A DNA stretch of 63,003 nucleotides, filler included. It is 7 parts of 7 records of this genome, joined end to end, with 100 filler letters (N's around TTAATTAATTAA, not from the genome) between each part and the next. Parts side by side here need not be neighbours in the genome. Positions count along the whole stretch, not along the records: positions 35,742 to 42,796 come from SRR20825014_73; positions 42,897 to 48,654 come from SRR20825014_74; positions 48,755 to 54,396 come from SRR20825014_77; 4 more parts are not named here. One strand, given 5' to 3'. Under the pieces are notes generated by a model. The model made no database searches. It saw only the letters and a program-made list of their open reading frames with translations, and was not told the origin of the DNA. This document shows, piece by piece, positions 40,351 through 49,898 of this stretch. Both the position numbers and the translations under genes were made by a program. Each line of letters starts with the position of its first letter. Position 1 is the first letter of the stretch.

Positions 40351-41535
40351 ATGACCAAAGTGTTGATGATCCCAGGCCCTATCGAAATCTCCGAGGCTGT
40401 TCAAAGAGCCTACAGCATCGCGCCCCCGAGCCACCTCGCGCCGCACGTGATCGAAGCGTTTGGCAGATCACTGGAGCGCATGCGCGAGGTCTGGTGTGCA
40501 TCGCCTGACGCGCAACCCTTTGTCATCGCCGGGAGCGGCACGCTCGCCATGGAGATGGCCGCGGCGAACGTGGTCGATCCGGGCGAACATGTGCTGGTGG
40601 TCAATACGGGCTACTTCTCTGATCGCATGGCCGAGATGCTGCGTCGACGCGGCGCGGTGCTCACCGAGGTCAGCGCTGACCTCGGTGATACCCCCGGAGA
40701 GGAGGAAATCACCGCAGCGCTCGAGAGCGCTGACTTTAAAGCCGTGTTCGCCACGCACGTGGATACCTCGACCGGCGTGCGCGTGGACGCCGAGATGATT
40801 TCGAGGCTTGCCACCGCCCATGGCGCGCTCTCGGTGTTCGACGGCGTCTGCGCGACCGCCGGAGAGGCATTCGAAATGCAAGCGTGGGGCGCGGACATCT
40901 ACCTGACGGGATCACAAAAGGCGCTCGGTTTGCCCGCAGGGCTCGCGCTGCTGGTCGCGAGCAAGGACGCGATGGCAGCGCGGGAAGAGCTCGACTCCCC
41001 TCCCCCGATGTCGATCGACTTCCACCAGTGGCTCCCGATCATGAACGCCTACGAGGGGCGCGGGAAGAGCTACTTCGCGACCCCGGCGACGACGATGATC
41101 CTCGCGCTCGATGTCGCGCTCGGTGAGATCCTCGACTGCGCCCATGGCGGCGAGACCGGGATCGCGGCGAGGATCGCGCAGCACGAGCACGTGGCCAGCG
41201 CGATGCGACAAACCTGGGCGGCGTTGGGGTTGGAGTTGTTGCCAGCGTCCAGTGAGATCGCGGCGAACACCTTGAGCGCGATCCGATACCCCGAGGGAGT
41301 GGGCGCAGAACTCGTCGGCGAGATCAGCGAGCGCGGCGTGATCGTCGCGGGCGGGCTCCACCCGGAGCTCAAGACCGAGTACTTCCGCGTGGGTCATATG
41401 GGCGATGTGATCACGCGCAGGGACGCGTTGATAAAGACGGTCGAGGCGGTCGAGGGCGCGCTGATCGCTGTGGGCGTGGAAGGCATCTCCCCAGGAACAG
41501 CAAAGGCCGCCTTCGAGGCGGCCCTTGCCAACTGA
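40351..41535 (+). CDS. class V aminotransferase (alanine-glyoxylate/serine-pyruvate type)
   Basis: MIPGP, GSGT, HVDTSTG, DGV, GSQKALG (PLP Lys) and FRVGHMG. Confidence 0.93.
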   Translation: MTKVLMIPGPIEISEAVQRAYSIAPPSHLAPHVIEAFGRSLERMREVWCASPDAQPFVIAGSGTLAMEMAAANVVDPGEHVLVVNTGYFSDRMAEMLRRRGAVLTEVSADLGDTPGEEEITAALESADFKAVFATHVDTSTGVRVDAEMISRLATAHGALSVFDGVCATAGEAFEMQAWGADIYLTGSQKALGLPAGLALLVASKDAMAAREELDSPPPMSIDFHQWLPIMNAYEGRGKSYFATPATTMILALDVALGEILDCAHGGETGIAARIAQHEHVASAMRQTWAALGLELLPASSEIAANTLSAIRYPEGVGAELVGEISERGVIVAGGLHPELKTEYFRVGHMGDVITRRDALIKTVEAVEGALIAVGVEGISPGTAKAAFEAALAN

Positions 41536-41599
41536 GCACTGAGCGGCGCGAGGTCACATCACTCGCGCGCTCCTCTGGTTCTCTTTGCGAATCCGCGCG

Positions 41600-42244
41600 T
41601 CACACCAGCGCTTCGCGGATAAACTCCTCGTCGATGGCGCCCGCGCGAACCACGCGCACCGCACCATTGGTGACCTCGACAACCGTCGAGGATGGCTCCT
41701 CGACAAGCTCGCCGTCCTCGATAAAGAGGTCGAGCTCACGACCGAAGTTCTTCCTGATCTGAGCTGGCGAGGTGTCTCCGCCCTTCTTCTCGCGGTTTGC
41801 CGAAGAGACGATCACGGGGCGACCGAGCTCGCGCACGACCTGCGCGAGCCACTTGGTCTCGGGGACGCGCACGCCGACCTGGTTGCCCTTGCCGCCAGCG
41901 ATCTGCTTGGTGATCTTTTTTGGCAGGTGCTTCTGCGTGGGCACCAGGAGCGTGAGTGGCCCTGGCCACATCATGCTCGCGAGCTGTCCCGCGACAGGAT
42001 CGAGATCATCGGTGATTTGTGGGAGCATGTCTTCATCTCCCACGAACACGAGTGCTGGGGCTTTACGGACGCGACGCTTGGACTGAAAGAGTTTCATGAC
42101 GGCTTCCTGATTATACAGGTCCGCGATGATTCGATAGCGCCCATTGCACGGGAGGCAAACCAGGCCGCCCGAATCAAGTGTGCGTCGAACCTCGCGTTGA
42201 AGCGTCGTGTTCTGGAGAAATTCCTTCAGCGTAATCGTCTGCAT
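41600..42244 (-). CDS. Sua5/YrdC (TsaC-like) family protein, divergent
   Basis: K.R, WPGPLT, VGVRVP, SSAN and STVV are present, but PTxTxYGL is replaced by PCNGRYRI. Confidence 0.82.
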   Translation of the reverse strand: MQTITLKEFLQNTTLQREVRRTLDSGGLVCLPCNGRYRIIADLYNQEAVMKLFQSKRRVRKAPALVFVGDEDMLPQITDDLDPVAGQLASMMWPGPLTLLVPTQKHLPKKITKQIAGGKGNQVGVRVPETKWLAQVVRELGRPVIVSSANREKKGGDTSPAQIRKNFGRELDLFIEDGELVEEPSSTVVEVTNGAVRVVRAGAIDEEFIREALV

Positions 42245-42668
42245 GTGTCGCTCGTGTGTTGAGGCACTCTGATAACCCTCCTCGCAAAACCAACGCGGGA
42301 GGATGCGCTTCGAGCCAGATGGACCGCCCTCGCTCGACTTCGTTTCTCTTTGACGGGCTGCGCTGGAGTGCACGACACCTCGGCCCCGGTGTCGCGCCTA
42401 CATGCTCGCAACCCTGGCCTTTTCAACCTCCTCGCATCGCTTTCTGTCGTGGGAGAATGGGACACCGCCCCCGGATTTCACTCGATCGGAAATCGGACTC
42501 TAACATGGGTGTGTCTGCTCCTTGTTTTGGGTTCGTCACTTCATGGTAACAGAGTCGTCATACGCGTCAACGACCTCCCGATCGATGCTGTGCACGCGCC
42601 GATACAGGTCAACAAACACATCGACACGTTTTGCCAAATGCGCCCCCCATTCACGCGGAAAGCGGCAC

Positions 42669-42753
42669 GCGAAAAAAAGCCGCCGGGCCATTTTGCTGTG
42701 GGATAGAGTCAAACTCATCCTCGCAGCAAAATGGCCCGGCGGCTTTTTTTCGC
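42669..42753. repeat. long palindromic repeat, copy B (30-bp perfect arms)
   Basis: GCGAAAAAAAGCCGCCGGGCCATTTTGCTG ... CAGCAAAATGGCCCGGCGGCTTTTTTTCGC, followed by TCGGCG. Confidence 0.88.
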
Positions 42754-42766
42754 TCGGCGACCGTCA

Positions 42767-42796
42767 GAGGGTGTTGAAGATATTGCTATGCTTCGA
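42767..42796 (+). mobile_element. probable terminal inverted repeat of an IS/MITE at the contig end
   Basis: GAGGGTGTTGAAGATATT matches the opposite end of this contig in inverted orientation. Confidence 0.5.
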
Positions 42797-42896
42797 NNNN
42801 NNNNNNNNNNNNNNNNNNNNNNNNNNNNNNNNNNNNNNNNTTAATTAATTAANNNNNNNNNNNNNNNNNNNNNNNNNNNNNNNNNNNNNNNNNNNN
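42797..42896. other. artificial contig spacer
   Basis: N44-TTAATTAATTAA-N44. Confidence 0.99.
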
Positions 42897-42897
42897 G

Positions 42898-43215
42898 ACG
42901 CATGACATCTATCACCTGCTCACGGGTTATGGGACGGATGTGATGGGCGAGATGCAGTTGCAGGCGTTTGTTCGAGGAAACCTCGGCATCCGCGCGCCGT
43001 TGATGATCCTCCCGTTTGCCTTCCTCTCAGCGAAGTTTGGCAAAGAAGACTCGGACGACGCGCCGCTCGAGCTCGGCGAGTACATGCACAAGGTACGCGC
43101 CGCGCAAAAGCGCGGCGCCACGATCGAGCCCTTGATTCATATCCGCTTCGAGGATCATATGGCGCGCCCGATAAAAGAGCTCAGGCAGATGTTCCTCGAT
43201 GGAGAGGCGCCCTGA
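42898..43215 (+). CDS. Coq4-family protein, C-terminal fragment
   Basis: Manual translation gives THDIYHLLTGYGTDVMGEMQLQAF (HDxxH..TGY..GE motif). Confidence 0.8.
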   Translation, partial: THDIYHLLTGYGTDVMGEMQLQAFVRGNLGIRAPLMILPFAFLSAKFGKEDSDDAPLELGEYMHKVRAAQKRGATIEPLIHIRFEDHMARPIKELRQMFLDGEAP

Positions 43216-43318
43216 AGGCACCTCTCACCAAAGAGGGACGCCATCGACGCTCGACGCGCAGGCTCTTCAAGAGCCCACACGGCGACACAGACACACCACC
43301 AAAAACATCGAGAAGCTC

Positions 43319-44335
43319 TCAGGCATACGCTCGCGCGCGCCACGCGCTGGGAGTGGTCCCCGTCCATCTGCGAAAAGCACGGTGGAAGGCGCTCTGCTCG
43401 GAGAATCCGAGCATATAGCTCACCTCCGCGAGCGAGCGGTCAGGTTGCGCGAGGAGCTCGTAGGCGTAGGTCTCGCGCGACGAGTCCTGGACCGCGCAAA
43501 AGGAGCGCTTCTCCTTACGCAGTTGACGCTGCAAGGTCCTCGTCGACACGCCGAGCCGCTTCGCGGCGCTGGCGAGCGAGACCTGATGGCCAGCCTCCAT
43601 CTCCTCCAACATCATCGCGCGGAGCATATCCGTGATGGTCCTCGGCGCGCGCATGCGCTCCAGTGTTTCTCGCATATGCTCTTGCAACGTCGCGTGAAGC
43701 GCGGCGTTGGAGTTACGATGGAGCGATCCCTTGATCTGGGCATCGAGGCTCATTCGCGTGCACGGTGCCTCGAAATGCACAGGGCACGCGAAGAGGCGCT
43801 CGTGCGCCTCGAGATCGATGGGTTCAGGGAACGCGAACTCGACGCGCTTTAGCGGGATGTCCCTGCCGAAGGCGAGGTTCGAGTGCACGTAACACACCGA
43901 CATCACGAACTCGGCGTAGGAGAGGTGCGAGAGCCCGTGGAGTTCGAAGTGCAGCAGCGACTTCTCCTCGTACACGCTCGCCGCGAGCGCGGGGTTGATC
44001 GTGGGGAGACCGTGCGCGAGAGAACGGAGCGCGTGTTCGAGCTTCGGCGCGCTCGAGACGAGGAAGTCGACGAGCTGGTATGAACCGAACGCGACCGAGC
44101 GCGCGACCCGGAGTGAGAAATCGGGCGCGCCAGCGCTCGCGTGCGCCCAGGACCAGAGTGATCGCGCGCTCGAGACGCGCAACCGCCCGCTCGGCGCGTC
44201 GAGCGCGCCGCGCGTGACGCTGACATCGCTCAACCGCGAAGTCACATCCAACCCCATCTCGTGGCACACGTCGACGAGCGCTCTCGTCGACACATTGAGC
44301 ACATAAGCCTCTTCGCTCCATTCACGCGGCATCAT
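43319..44335 (-). CDS. AraC family transcriptional regulator
   Basis: N-terminal ligand domain (F.CPVHF), STRTLQRQL and LGFSEQSAFHRAFRRWTG.TP. Confidence 0.93.
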   Translation of the reverse strand: MMPREWSEEAYVLNVSTRALVDVCHEMGLDVTSRLSDVSVTRGALDAPSGRLRVSSARSLWSWAHASAGAPDFSLRVARSVAFGSYQLVDFLVSSAPKLEHALRSLAHGLPTINPALAASVYEEKSLLHFELHGLSHLSYAEFVMSVCYVHSNLAFGRDIPLKRVEFAFPEPIDLEAHERLFACPVHFEAPCTRMSLDAQIKGSLHRNSNAALHATLQEHMRETLERMRAPRTITDMLRAMMLEEMEAGHQVSLASAAKRLGVSTRTLQRQLRKEKRSFCAVQDSSRETYAYELLAQPDRSLAEVSYMLGFSEQSAFHRAFRRWTGTTPSAWRARAYA

Positions 44336-44399
44336 ATCACTCCTCTCACAAACAATCGGTTTTAAGAGGTTAGTGACATCCGGGGCGCTCCATTGTGCA

Positions 44400-44436
44400 T
44401 GGCGCCTCGAGTCAATGATTTGGCGCGCGAGGTCAA
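44400..44436 (+). promoter_or_regulatory. tandem AraC-type direct-repeat operator
   Basis: TGGCGC-N5-GTCAA occurs twice with a 21-bp period. Confidence 0.65.
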
Positions 44437-44506
44437 GAAGCGCGCTGGAGGTCCACCTAAACTCGTCCGTGACTGGCTTACTGCCCTATCGAAAGGAGCT
44501 CATGTC

Positions 44507-44890
44507 ATGACTCGACGCGGACGAATCTGGGGCGCGATTGTGATCGCGCTATTCATCATCGCCATATCCAGCATCGGACTCGTGAGCGCGCGGACCTCGT
44601 CGCCTCACAGCGCCTCGGGAGCAAACCCACTGCTCTCGGCGACCTGGATGGAGGGCGAGGTCTCGGGCCGCGTCATGTCCACACATCGCGCGGGGAGTTA
44701 CACCTACCTGCGGGTGGACACAGAAGATGGGGAGCTGTGGGCCGTGATCGCCGAGCCGTTGCCTCGATCTCACCAGGAGGTCACCCGGCTTCGGCTCTAC
44801 GCGAGCCTCGAGCGCTACACGTCACGGCGCCTGGGGCAAACGTTCGAGAACCTGCACTTTGCAACCCTTATCGACTCGAAGGAGCCATAA
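44507..44890 (+). CDS. membrane-anchored small beta-domain (OB-fold-like) protein
   Basis: N-terminal TM and G.V......GSYTYLRV....GELWAV motif; AAGGAG RBS. Confidence 0.65.
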   Translation: MTRRGRIWGAIVIALFIIAISSIGLVSARTSSPHSASGANPLLSATWMEGEVSGRVMSTHRAGSYTYLRVDTEDGELWAVIAEPLPRSHQEVTRLRLYASLERYTSRRLGQTFENLHFATLIDSKEP

Positions 44891-45477
44891 TGAACACGCA
44901 CGCCCATCGCCCGATACTTTTGCTGCTTGCCCTCACGCTGAGCATGTCACCCGCTTGCTTTGGAGGAGACGAGCCCGAAGAAAACAAGGACACCGAACAG
45001 GTCATCTCCCAACTCGACACCTGCGACGAGCACGACTTCGCCCCCTCGGGCTGGATGGGGCCAGGGGTCGGAGAGGATGGCAAAATCATCGACCCGGCAG
45101 CGAGCTATGTGATGGCGGGCACGGCCGGGTTGCCGCGCGCCTCCGAAACGGAACAGGTCGCCTTTGGCGCGCATAACATGGCCATCACCGAAGACCTCTT
45201 CACGCGCGATGGGTTCATCGCCGCGAACCTCGGAGGTTCAGATGCGTGTCGCACAGGCCGCACGATGAGCCTGTGGCGAGATCAGGACGCCATGATGCAG
45301 TTCGTGTTGGGAGACGCGCACCGGAACGCCATGATCGAGGTCTCGGAGGTTCTGCAAGAGAGCAAGACCTCGCACTGGACCTTCGAACCGAATGCTCAGG
45401 GGGACTTCCCCACGTGGGAGACCTACGCCGAGCACATGGACGAGCTCGATGCCACGATTCACTCCGAAGGAGAGTGA
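44890..45477 (+). CDS. DUF3291-like (dimeric alpha/beta barrel) lipoprotein
   Basis: Lipobox-like SPAC and RTMSLWRDQDAMMQFV.GDAHRNAM; TAATG coupling. Confidence 0.7.
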   Translation: MNTHAHRPILLLLALTLSMSPACFGGDEPEENKDTEQVISQLDTCDEHDFAPSGWMGPGVGEDGKIIDPAASYVMAGTAGLPRASETEQVAFGAHNMAITEDLFTRDGFIAANLGGSDACRTGRTMSLWRDQDAMMQFVLGDAHRNAMIEVSEVLQESKTSHWTFEPNAQGDFPTWETYAEHMDELDATIHSEGE

Positions 45478-45522
45478 TGCATCACTCCACGTGAGCGCCT
45501 CCAAATCGACCCCAGGAGGCGC

Positions 45523-47415
45523 TCACGCCTCGTCATCGAACAGCGTCGCGTGCAGCTTGTCCGGGAGAACGCGCAGCGGCCAGATATCACTCTCGGACTT
45601 GATGACGGGATCTCTGTCAACGCGCGTGCATGTCCCAGCGTAAGCCCCGCCGACACAAAACGTGCAAAGCTGCGTGTAATGCTCCTCGAGCCTGGGGAGC
45701 ATCATGAGCTGTTGATAGATGGTGTCCTTGCCAGAGAACTTCCCGGAGGTGCTCGAGAGCAACCCCTGATCTGGCGAGTAGAGCGCGATGTTGCTGCCGC
45801 AGCGCCCGACGATCGGTTTGGCGACGTATCCCGATTCGCGAAGGCTCTCGGTCAATTCGAACTGGGTCTCGAGCAAGAAGGGGTGCCCTGGAAAGAGATG
45901 CCAGAGCACGGGCAAGATCGCCTTGTTGCTGGGAATCATCGTCCAGAGCGGCTCGAAGACGCGCACGCTCGGGTTGAGCAGGACGTCGGCGAGCCTCGGC
46001 GTTCCTCTGTAGCGCAAGGGGACGTTGGCGTCATCGTCCTCGCACTCGGCGCGGATTTGATCCAGCGCGGTCTCCCACGCCCAGGTCTTCCACACCCACC
46101 GCACGCGCTCGCCAAGGGCATCCAGGATCTGCCCTTCATCGCCGAAGCAGAGCTCGTCGACGCCAAGGATCGTGCGCACCTCGATGCCCGCGGCCTCGAG
46201 CGCCTCGCGCATGTAGAGCGCGTGGTAGGCTTCCTCGGGGTGATCGTCGTACATGATATGCACGGCGCCGCCGACCTCGCTCGCCCTCCAGGCGCTCACG
46301 AGCTGCTCGAAGAGCTCCTCGCCGGGGTCATCGCCCCACTCCTCCACGCGATATTGCTCGGCCCAACGCCCCTGCACCTTGCCACACTCCATGTAACAGG
46401 AGGCGGAGTCACAGTTGTACTCGAAGACCTTGACGCCATCGGGCGTGGCGCAAAAATCGAACCGCCCCGTGATCATATGATTCTTGCGATCCTCCCAGGA
46501 TCTCTCGAGGCGAGACCACAGGGCACGTGGGAGATCGAAAGGCGGCATGCGCTCTTCGGGGTTTTGAAGGACCCAGTCGGTGGCGTGCAAGAACATGGTG
46601 TGCAGATCATGCGTGGCGCACTTGAGGACACGCTCGAGCGACTCGGACATGGCCACCCAGTGATAGTGCGTCGAGGGTTCGCTCACGAGCGTGTGCCCGT
46701 GCATGACCTGGGCGAACATCGCCTCGTCCGCGTTGGCCTCGTTGAGCCACGAGCCGTCGGCGCGATCCTGTGGCGGGACGACCTGCACAGAGAGCGACAT
46801 CTCGAGCGCGCTGGCGGACATATCAGGTTGCGCGTGGGTGGCGTCTTCGGTCTGGATCACCCACCCGAGGATGGTGCCCTCCTTCATCGGAGAGCGCAGC
46901 CACGCGCCGCCGTCGTATGCTCGACGCATGCTGATCTCGCGCGAGAAGGTCTGTCCATCGGGCCAGACCTCATCGCGATTGTTCTGCTCGATGATGGCGA
47001 CGCGATCCTCGTAGACCGCCGTGACGATGGCCACATGACCGGTGTGCTCGAACTCGCCGCCCTCATCCCAGATGATCATGCAGCCGACCTCGGGAGGTCG
47101 CTTCGAGCCGTTGCGGAATGACTCGAGAGGATAACTCTTACCGCTCTCGGGGTCGCGGAGGCTGGTCAGCCCGAAGATCTCGTAGGCCATGCCGACCTCT
47201 TCGAAGATCAGGCCATGGCACGTGTAGAGCCAACGACGCGCGAGCTCGACGCACTGCCACTTGTAGCCCATGTAGATGTCGTCGACGAGGCTGACAAAGT
47301 CGCTGCGATCCAGCTCTTCGGCGCCCACATCATAGTTGCTCGAGTACACGGGGACGCCACCTGGCGCGACCCCGAGCAGCGTCCCGAAAGGGGCGCGCGT
47401 TTGAGCTTGGTCCAT
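45523..47415 (-). CDS. gsp: bifunctional glutathionylspermidine amidase/synthetase
   Basis: APFGTLLG, YMGYKWQCVELARR (CHAP Cys), TGHVAI, GRFDF, EYNCDSASC, WKTWAWETA and KPIVGRCGSNI. Confidence 0.93.
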   Translation of the reverse strand: MDQAQTRAPFGTLLGVAPGGVPVYSSNYDVGAEELDRSDFVSLVDDIYMGYKWQCVELARRWLYTCHGLIFEEVGMAYEIFGLTSLRDPESGKSYPLESFRNGSKRPPEVGCMIIWDEGGEFEHTGHVAIVTAVYEDRVAIIEQNNRDEVWPDGQTFSREISMRRAYDGGAWLRSPMKEGTILGWVIQTEDATHAQPDMSASALEMSLSVQVVPPQDRADGSWLNEANADEAMFAQVMHGHTLVSEPSTHYHWVAMSESLERVLKCATHDLHTMFLHATDWVLQNPEERMPPFDLPRALWSRLERSWEDRKNHMITGRFDFCATPDGVKVFEYNCDSASCYMECGKVQGRWAEQYRVEEWGDDPGEELFEQLVSAWRASEVGGAVHIMYDDHPEEAYHALYMREALEAAGIEVRTILGVDELCFGDEGQILDALGERVRWVWKTWAWETALDQIRAECEDDDANVPLRYRGTPRLADVLLNPSVRVFEPLWTMIPSNKAILPVLWHLFPGHPFLLETQFELTESLRESGYVAKPIVGRCGSNIALYSPDQGLLSSTSGKFSGKDTIYQQLMMLPRLEEHYTQLCTFCVGGAYAGTCTRVDRDPVIKSESDIWPLRVLPDKLHATLFDDEA

Positions 47416-47631
47416 GCGTTTTTGATCATCCAAAGAGAAGGGAGGGGCACGCTCACGCCCAGAAAAGGCGTTTAAAACGTGCGAGTGAGGATAATCACGC
47501 TTCGCGCACCGGAAAGCCCCCGATGACGCGAAGGCTGGCGTGTTATAGGAGATTGCTGGGATGACAACAGCGCGCACTTTGTGGATAAGGAGTACGACAT
47601 TTTCTGTCCCCCACGCATTCAGGAATGCCAG

Positions 47632-48432
47632 ATGACACCGAACACTCCCCGCGTTATCGCGATCCTCGCGCTCTCACTCTCGCTCGTGGCCTGCTCCAAC
47701 AAAAAGGAGGAGGCCGAGGACGCCACGCAGACCTCGCTCGCGGCGCAAACGAGCGAGGCAAAGAACACGACGGCCTCGACGACACCCGCCAAGGACAAGG
47801 AGCCCGAGGCGCCCGCGACAAAGGATCCAGAGGGCACGAAGAAGATCTCGGCGAGGATGGTCGAGGGTCCGTTTGCTTCCCTCGACGCCTTCGCCAAGGC
47901 CAAAAAAGGCAAGGTGCTTCACGCAGACACCGAGAGCGCCACGAAGCAAGGCGACTGGGTGACCGAGGGCGGCGTGATCGAGGTCGATGGCAAAGCCCAC
48001 CACGTGCTGCTCGCCGGGAAGGCTGGCGAGCTCTTCCGCGTCTCGGGTGATGCCGACTTCCCCGTGGACACCGAGCTCTCGAAGCCCGAGCAATACAACG
48101 GGCGCGCGATCCTTCGGGACAAGGCGGTCCCGCCAGGATACATCGCCATCGAACACATCGTCACATTCGTGGATGCGACGCAATCAGGCATGGCGCACGA
48201 CGTCCTCGGCTACACGCATATGTGCCGACCACACAAAGAGAAGCTCGCCTGCGCGAGCTTCACCACCAAGCGTGGCGCCTACCTCGTCTACGACACCTCG
48301 GTCCCCGACTACGAGATGCCCAACGCCATCGTCAAGGATGCCGAGGGCGCAGAAAACCTCGTCGAGCTGTTCTATATGAACGGCGGCGAGGAGATGACCG
48401 CGGAGGGGTTTTACAGGATCGAGCTCCCCTGA
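47632..48432 (+). CDS. hypothetical lipoprotein
   Basis: LSLVAC lipobox and a low-complexity linker. Confidence 0.75.
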   Translation: MTPNTPRVIAILALSLSLVACSNKKEEAEDATQTSLAAQTSEAKNTTASTTPAKDKEPEAPATKDPEGTKKISARMVEGPFASLDAFAKAKKGKVLHADTESATKQGDWVTEGGVIEVDGKAHHVLLAGKAGELFRVSGDADFPVDTELSKPEQYNGRAILRDKAVPPGYIAIEHIVTFVDATQSGMAHDVLGYTHMCRPHKEKLACASFTTKRGAYLVYDTSVPDYEMPNAIVKDAEGAENLVELFYMNGGEEMTAEGFYRIELP

Positions 48433-48478
48433 AGTCGAACTCGACGGTGGTCCTCGCGTGAACCACCGACGGTGGCCC

Positions 48479-48559
48479 GCAAAAAAAGCCGCCGGGCTAT
48501 TTTGCTGTAGGAGGAGTTGACTTCAACCCACAGCAAAATAGCCCGGCGGCTTTTTTTGC
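48479..48559. repeat. long palindromic repeat, copy C (30-bp perfect arms)
   Basis: GCAAAAAAAGCCGCCGGGCTATTTTGCTGT ... ACAGCAAAATAGCCCGGCGGCTTTTTTTGC, followed by TCGGCG. Confidence 0.88.
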
Positions 48560-48654
48560 TCGGCGCCAAGGGTCATCAAGGGGGAAACTCGCGCTCCGAA
48601 TCTAGCAGTGAGTTTTGCAAGCGCCCCCCTACTCGACCTGCGGTCTCGGCCGGG

Positions 48655-48754
48655 NNNNNNNNNNNNNNNNNNNNNNNNNNNNNNNNNNNNNNNNNNNNTT
48701 AATTAATTAANNNNNNNNNNNNNNNNNNNNNNNNNNNNNNNNNNNNNNNNNNNN
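48655..48754. other. artificial contig spacer
   Basis: N44-TTAATTAATTAA-N44. Confidence 0.99.
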
Positions 48755-48755
48755 G

Positions 48756-48830
48756 TTCCATCCCGAAAGCATCGCATCCGAACATGGCCATGCCCTTTTG
48801 AAGAATTTTATAGACTTCCCCGGCGCATGA
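48756..48830 (+). CDS. trpG: anthranilate synthase component II, C-terminal fragment
   Basis: Manual translation gives FHPESIASEHGHALLKNF; directly upstream of trpD. Confidence 0.88.
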   Translation, partial: FHPESIASEHGHALLKNFIDFPGA

Positions 48831-48863
48831 AACCGCACCGGACCGCTAACCGAGGAAACCCGC

Positions 48864-49898
48864 ATGTCGACTGAATATGACCTGAAGCCGATCCTGGCCA
48901 AAGTCGCAAATGGCGAAAAACTGAACGAAGAACAGGCCGAACAGGCCTTCGACGTTCTGATGTCCGGTCAGGCAACGCCGTCGCAGATGGGGGCTTTCCT
49001 GATGGCGCTGCGCCTGCGCGGTGAAACGGTCGATGAAATCACCGGGGCGGCGCGTGTCATGCGCTCCAAGGCGACCGGCATTATCGCCCCGCCCAATGCG
49101 GTTGATACCTGTGGTACTGGTGGCGATGGCAGCGGCACCTTCAATATCTCGACCGGGGCGGCAATCGTTGCGGCGGCCTGCGGCGCCATCGTTGCCAAGC
49201 ACGGCAACCGCGCGGCGTCGTCAAAATCGGGATCGGCCGATGTTCTGATGGCGCTTGGCGTCAATCTCGATGCCGATATGGCGCTTCTTGAAAAGGCGCT
49301 AAAGGAAATCAATCTGTGCTTCATGATGGCAACGCGCCATCACTCGGCCGTGCGTCACGTGATGCCGACCCGCGTTGAAATGGGCACGCGCACGATCTTC
49401 AACCTGCTGGGACCGCTGGCCAACCCGGCCAAAACCAAACGCCAGGTCATGGGTGTTTTCGCCCGTGAATGGGTCGAACCGATTGCCCATGTGCTGAACC
49501 GCCTTGGTTCCGAACATGCATGGGTTGTCTATGGTCATAGCGGCCTTGATGAAATTTCAACAACCGGCCCGACCTTTGTCGCCGAAGTCAAAAACGGCAC
49601 GGTTACGACCTTTGAAATCAACCCCGAAGATTACGGCCTTGAAATCGTCACCCTTGATGCGCTTAAAGGCGGCGACGCCCAGACAAACGCGCAGGCCATT
49701 CTCGATCTTCTTGCCGGTAAAAAAAGCGCCTATCGCGATATCGTTCTGCTGAATGCCGCAGCCGCCCTTGTGGTGACCGACATCGCAACCGATCTTGCCG
49801 ATGGCATCGCAAAGGCCCGCACCGCAATCGATTCCGGCAAAGCCGCAGAAACCCTGCAGGCACTTGTCCGCATTTCCAATCAGGGGACCGCAGCGTGA
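48864..49898 (+). CDS. trpD: anthranilate phosphoribosyltransferase
   Basis: [28 protein letters not shown] and [12 protein letters not shown]. Confidence 0.97.
   Translation: MSTEYDLKPILAKVANGEKLNEEQAEQAFDVLMSGQATPSQMGAFLMALRLRGETVDEITGAARVMRSKATGIIAPPNAVDTCGTGGDGSGTFNISTGAAIVAAACGAIVAKHGNRAASSKSGSADVLMALGVNLDADMALLEKALKEINLCFMMATRHHSAVRHVMPTRVEMGTRTIFNLLGPLANPAKTKRQVMGVFAREWVEPIAHVLNRLGSEHAWVVYGHSGLDEISTTGPTFVAEVKNGTVTTFEINPEDYGLEIVTLDALKGGDAQTNAQAILDLLAGKKSAYRDIVLLNAAAALVVTDIATDLADGIAKARTAIDSGKAAETLQALVRISNQGTAA

Noticed and set aside
42256..42718. Several short ORFs upstream of the TsaC-like gene
   Set aside because: No motifs or clear RBS, and some run into the palindrome; coding status cannot be supported.
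45550..47121. 523-aa + strand ORF, and similar long antisense ORFs such as 33999-35294 and 31885-32892
   Set aside because: Antisense shadows of well-supported genes in high-GC DNA, with no recognisable motifs.
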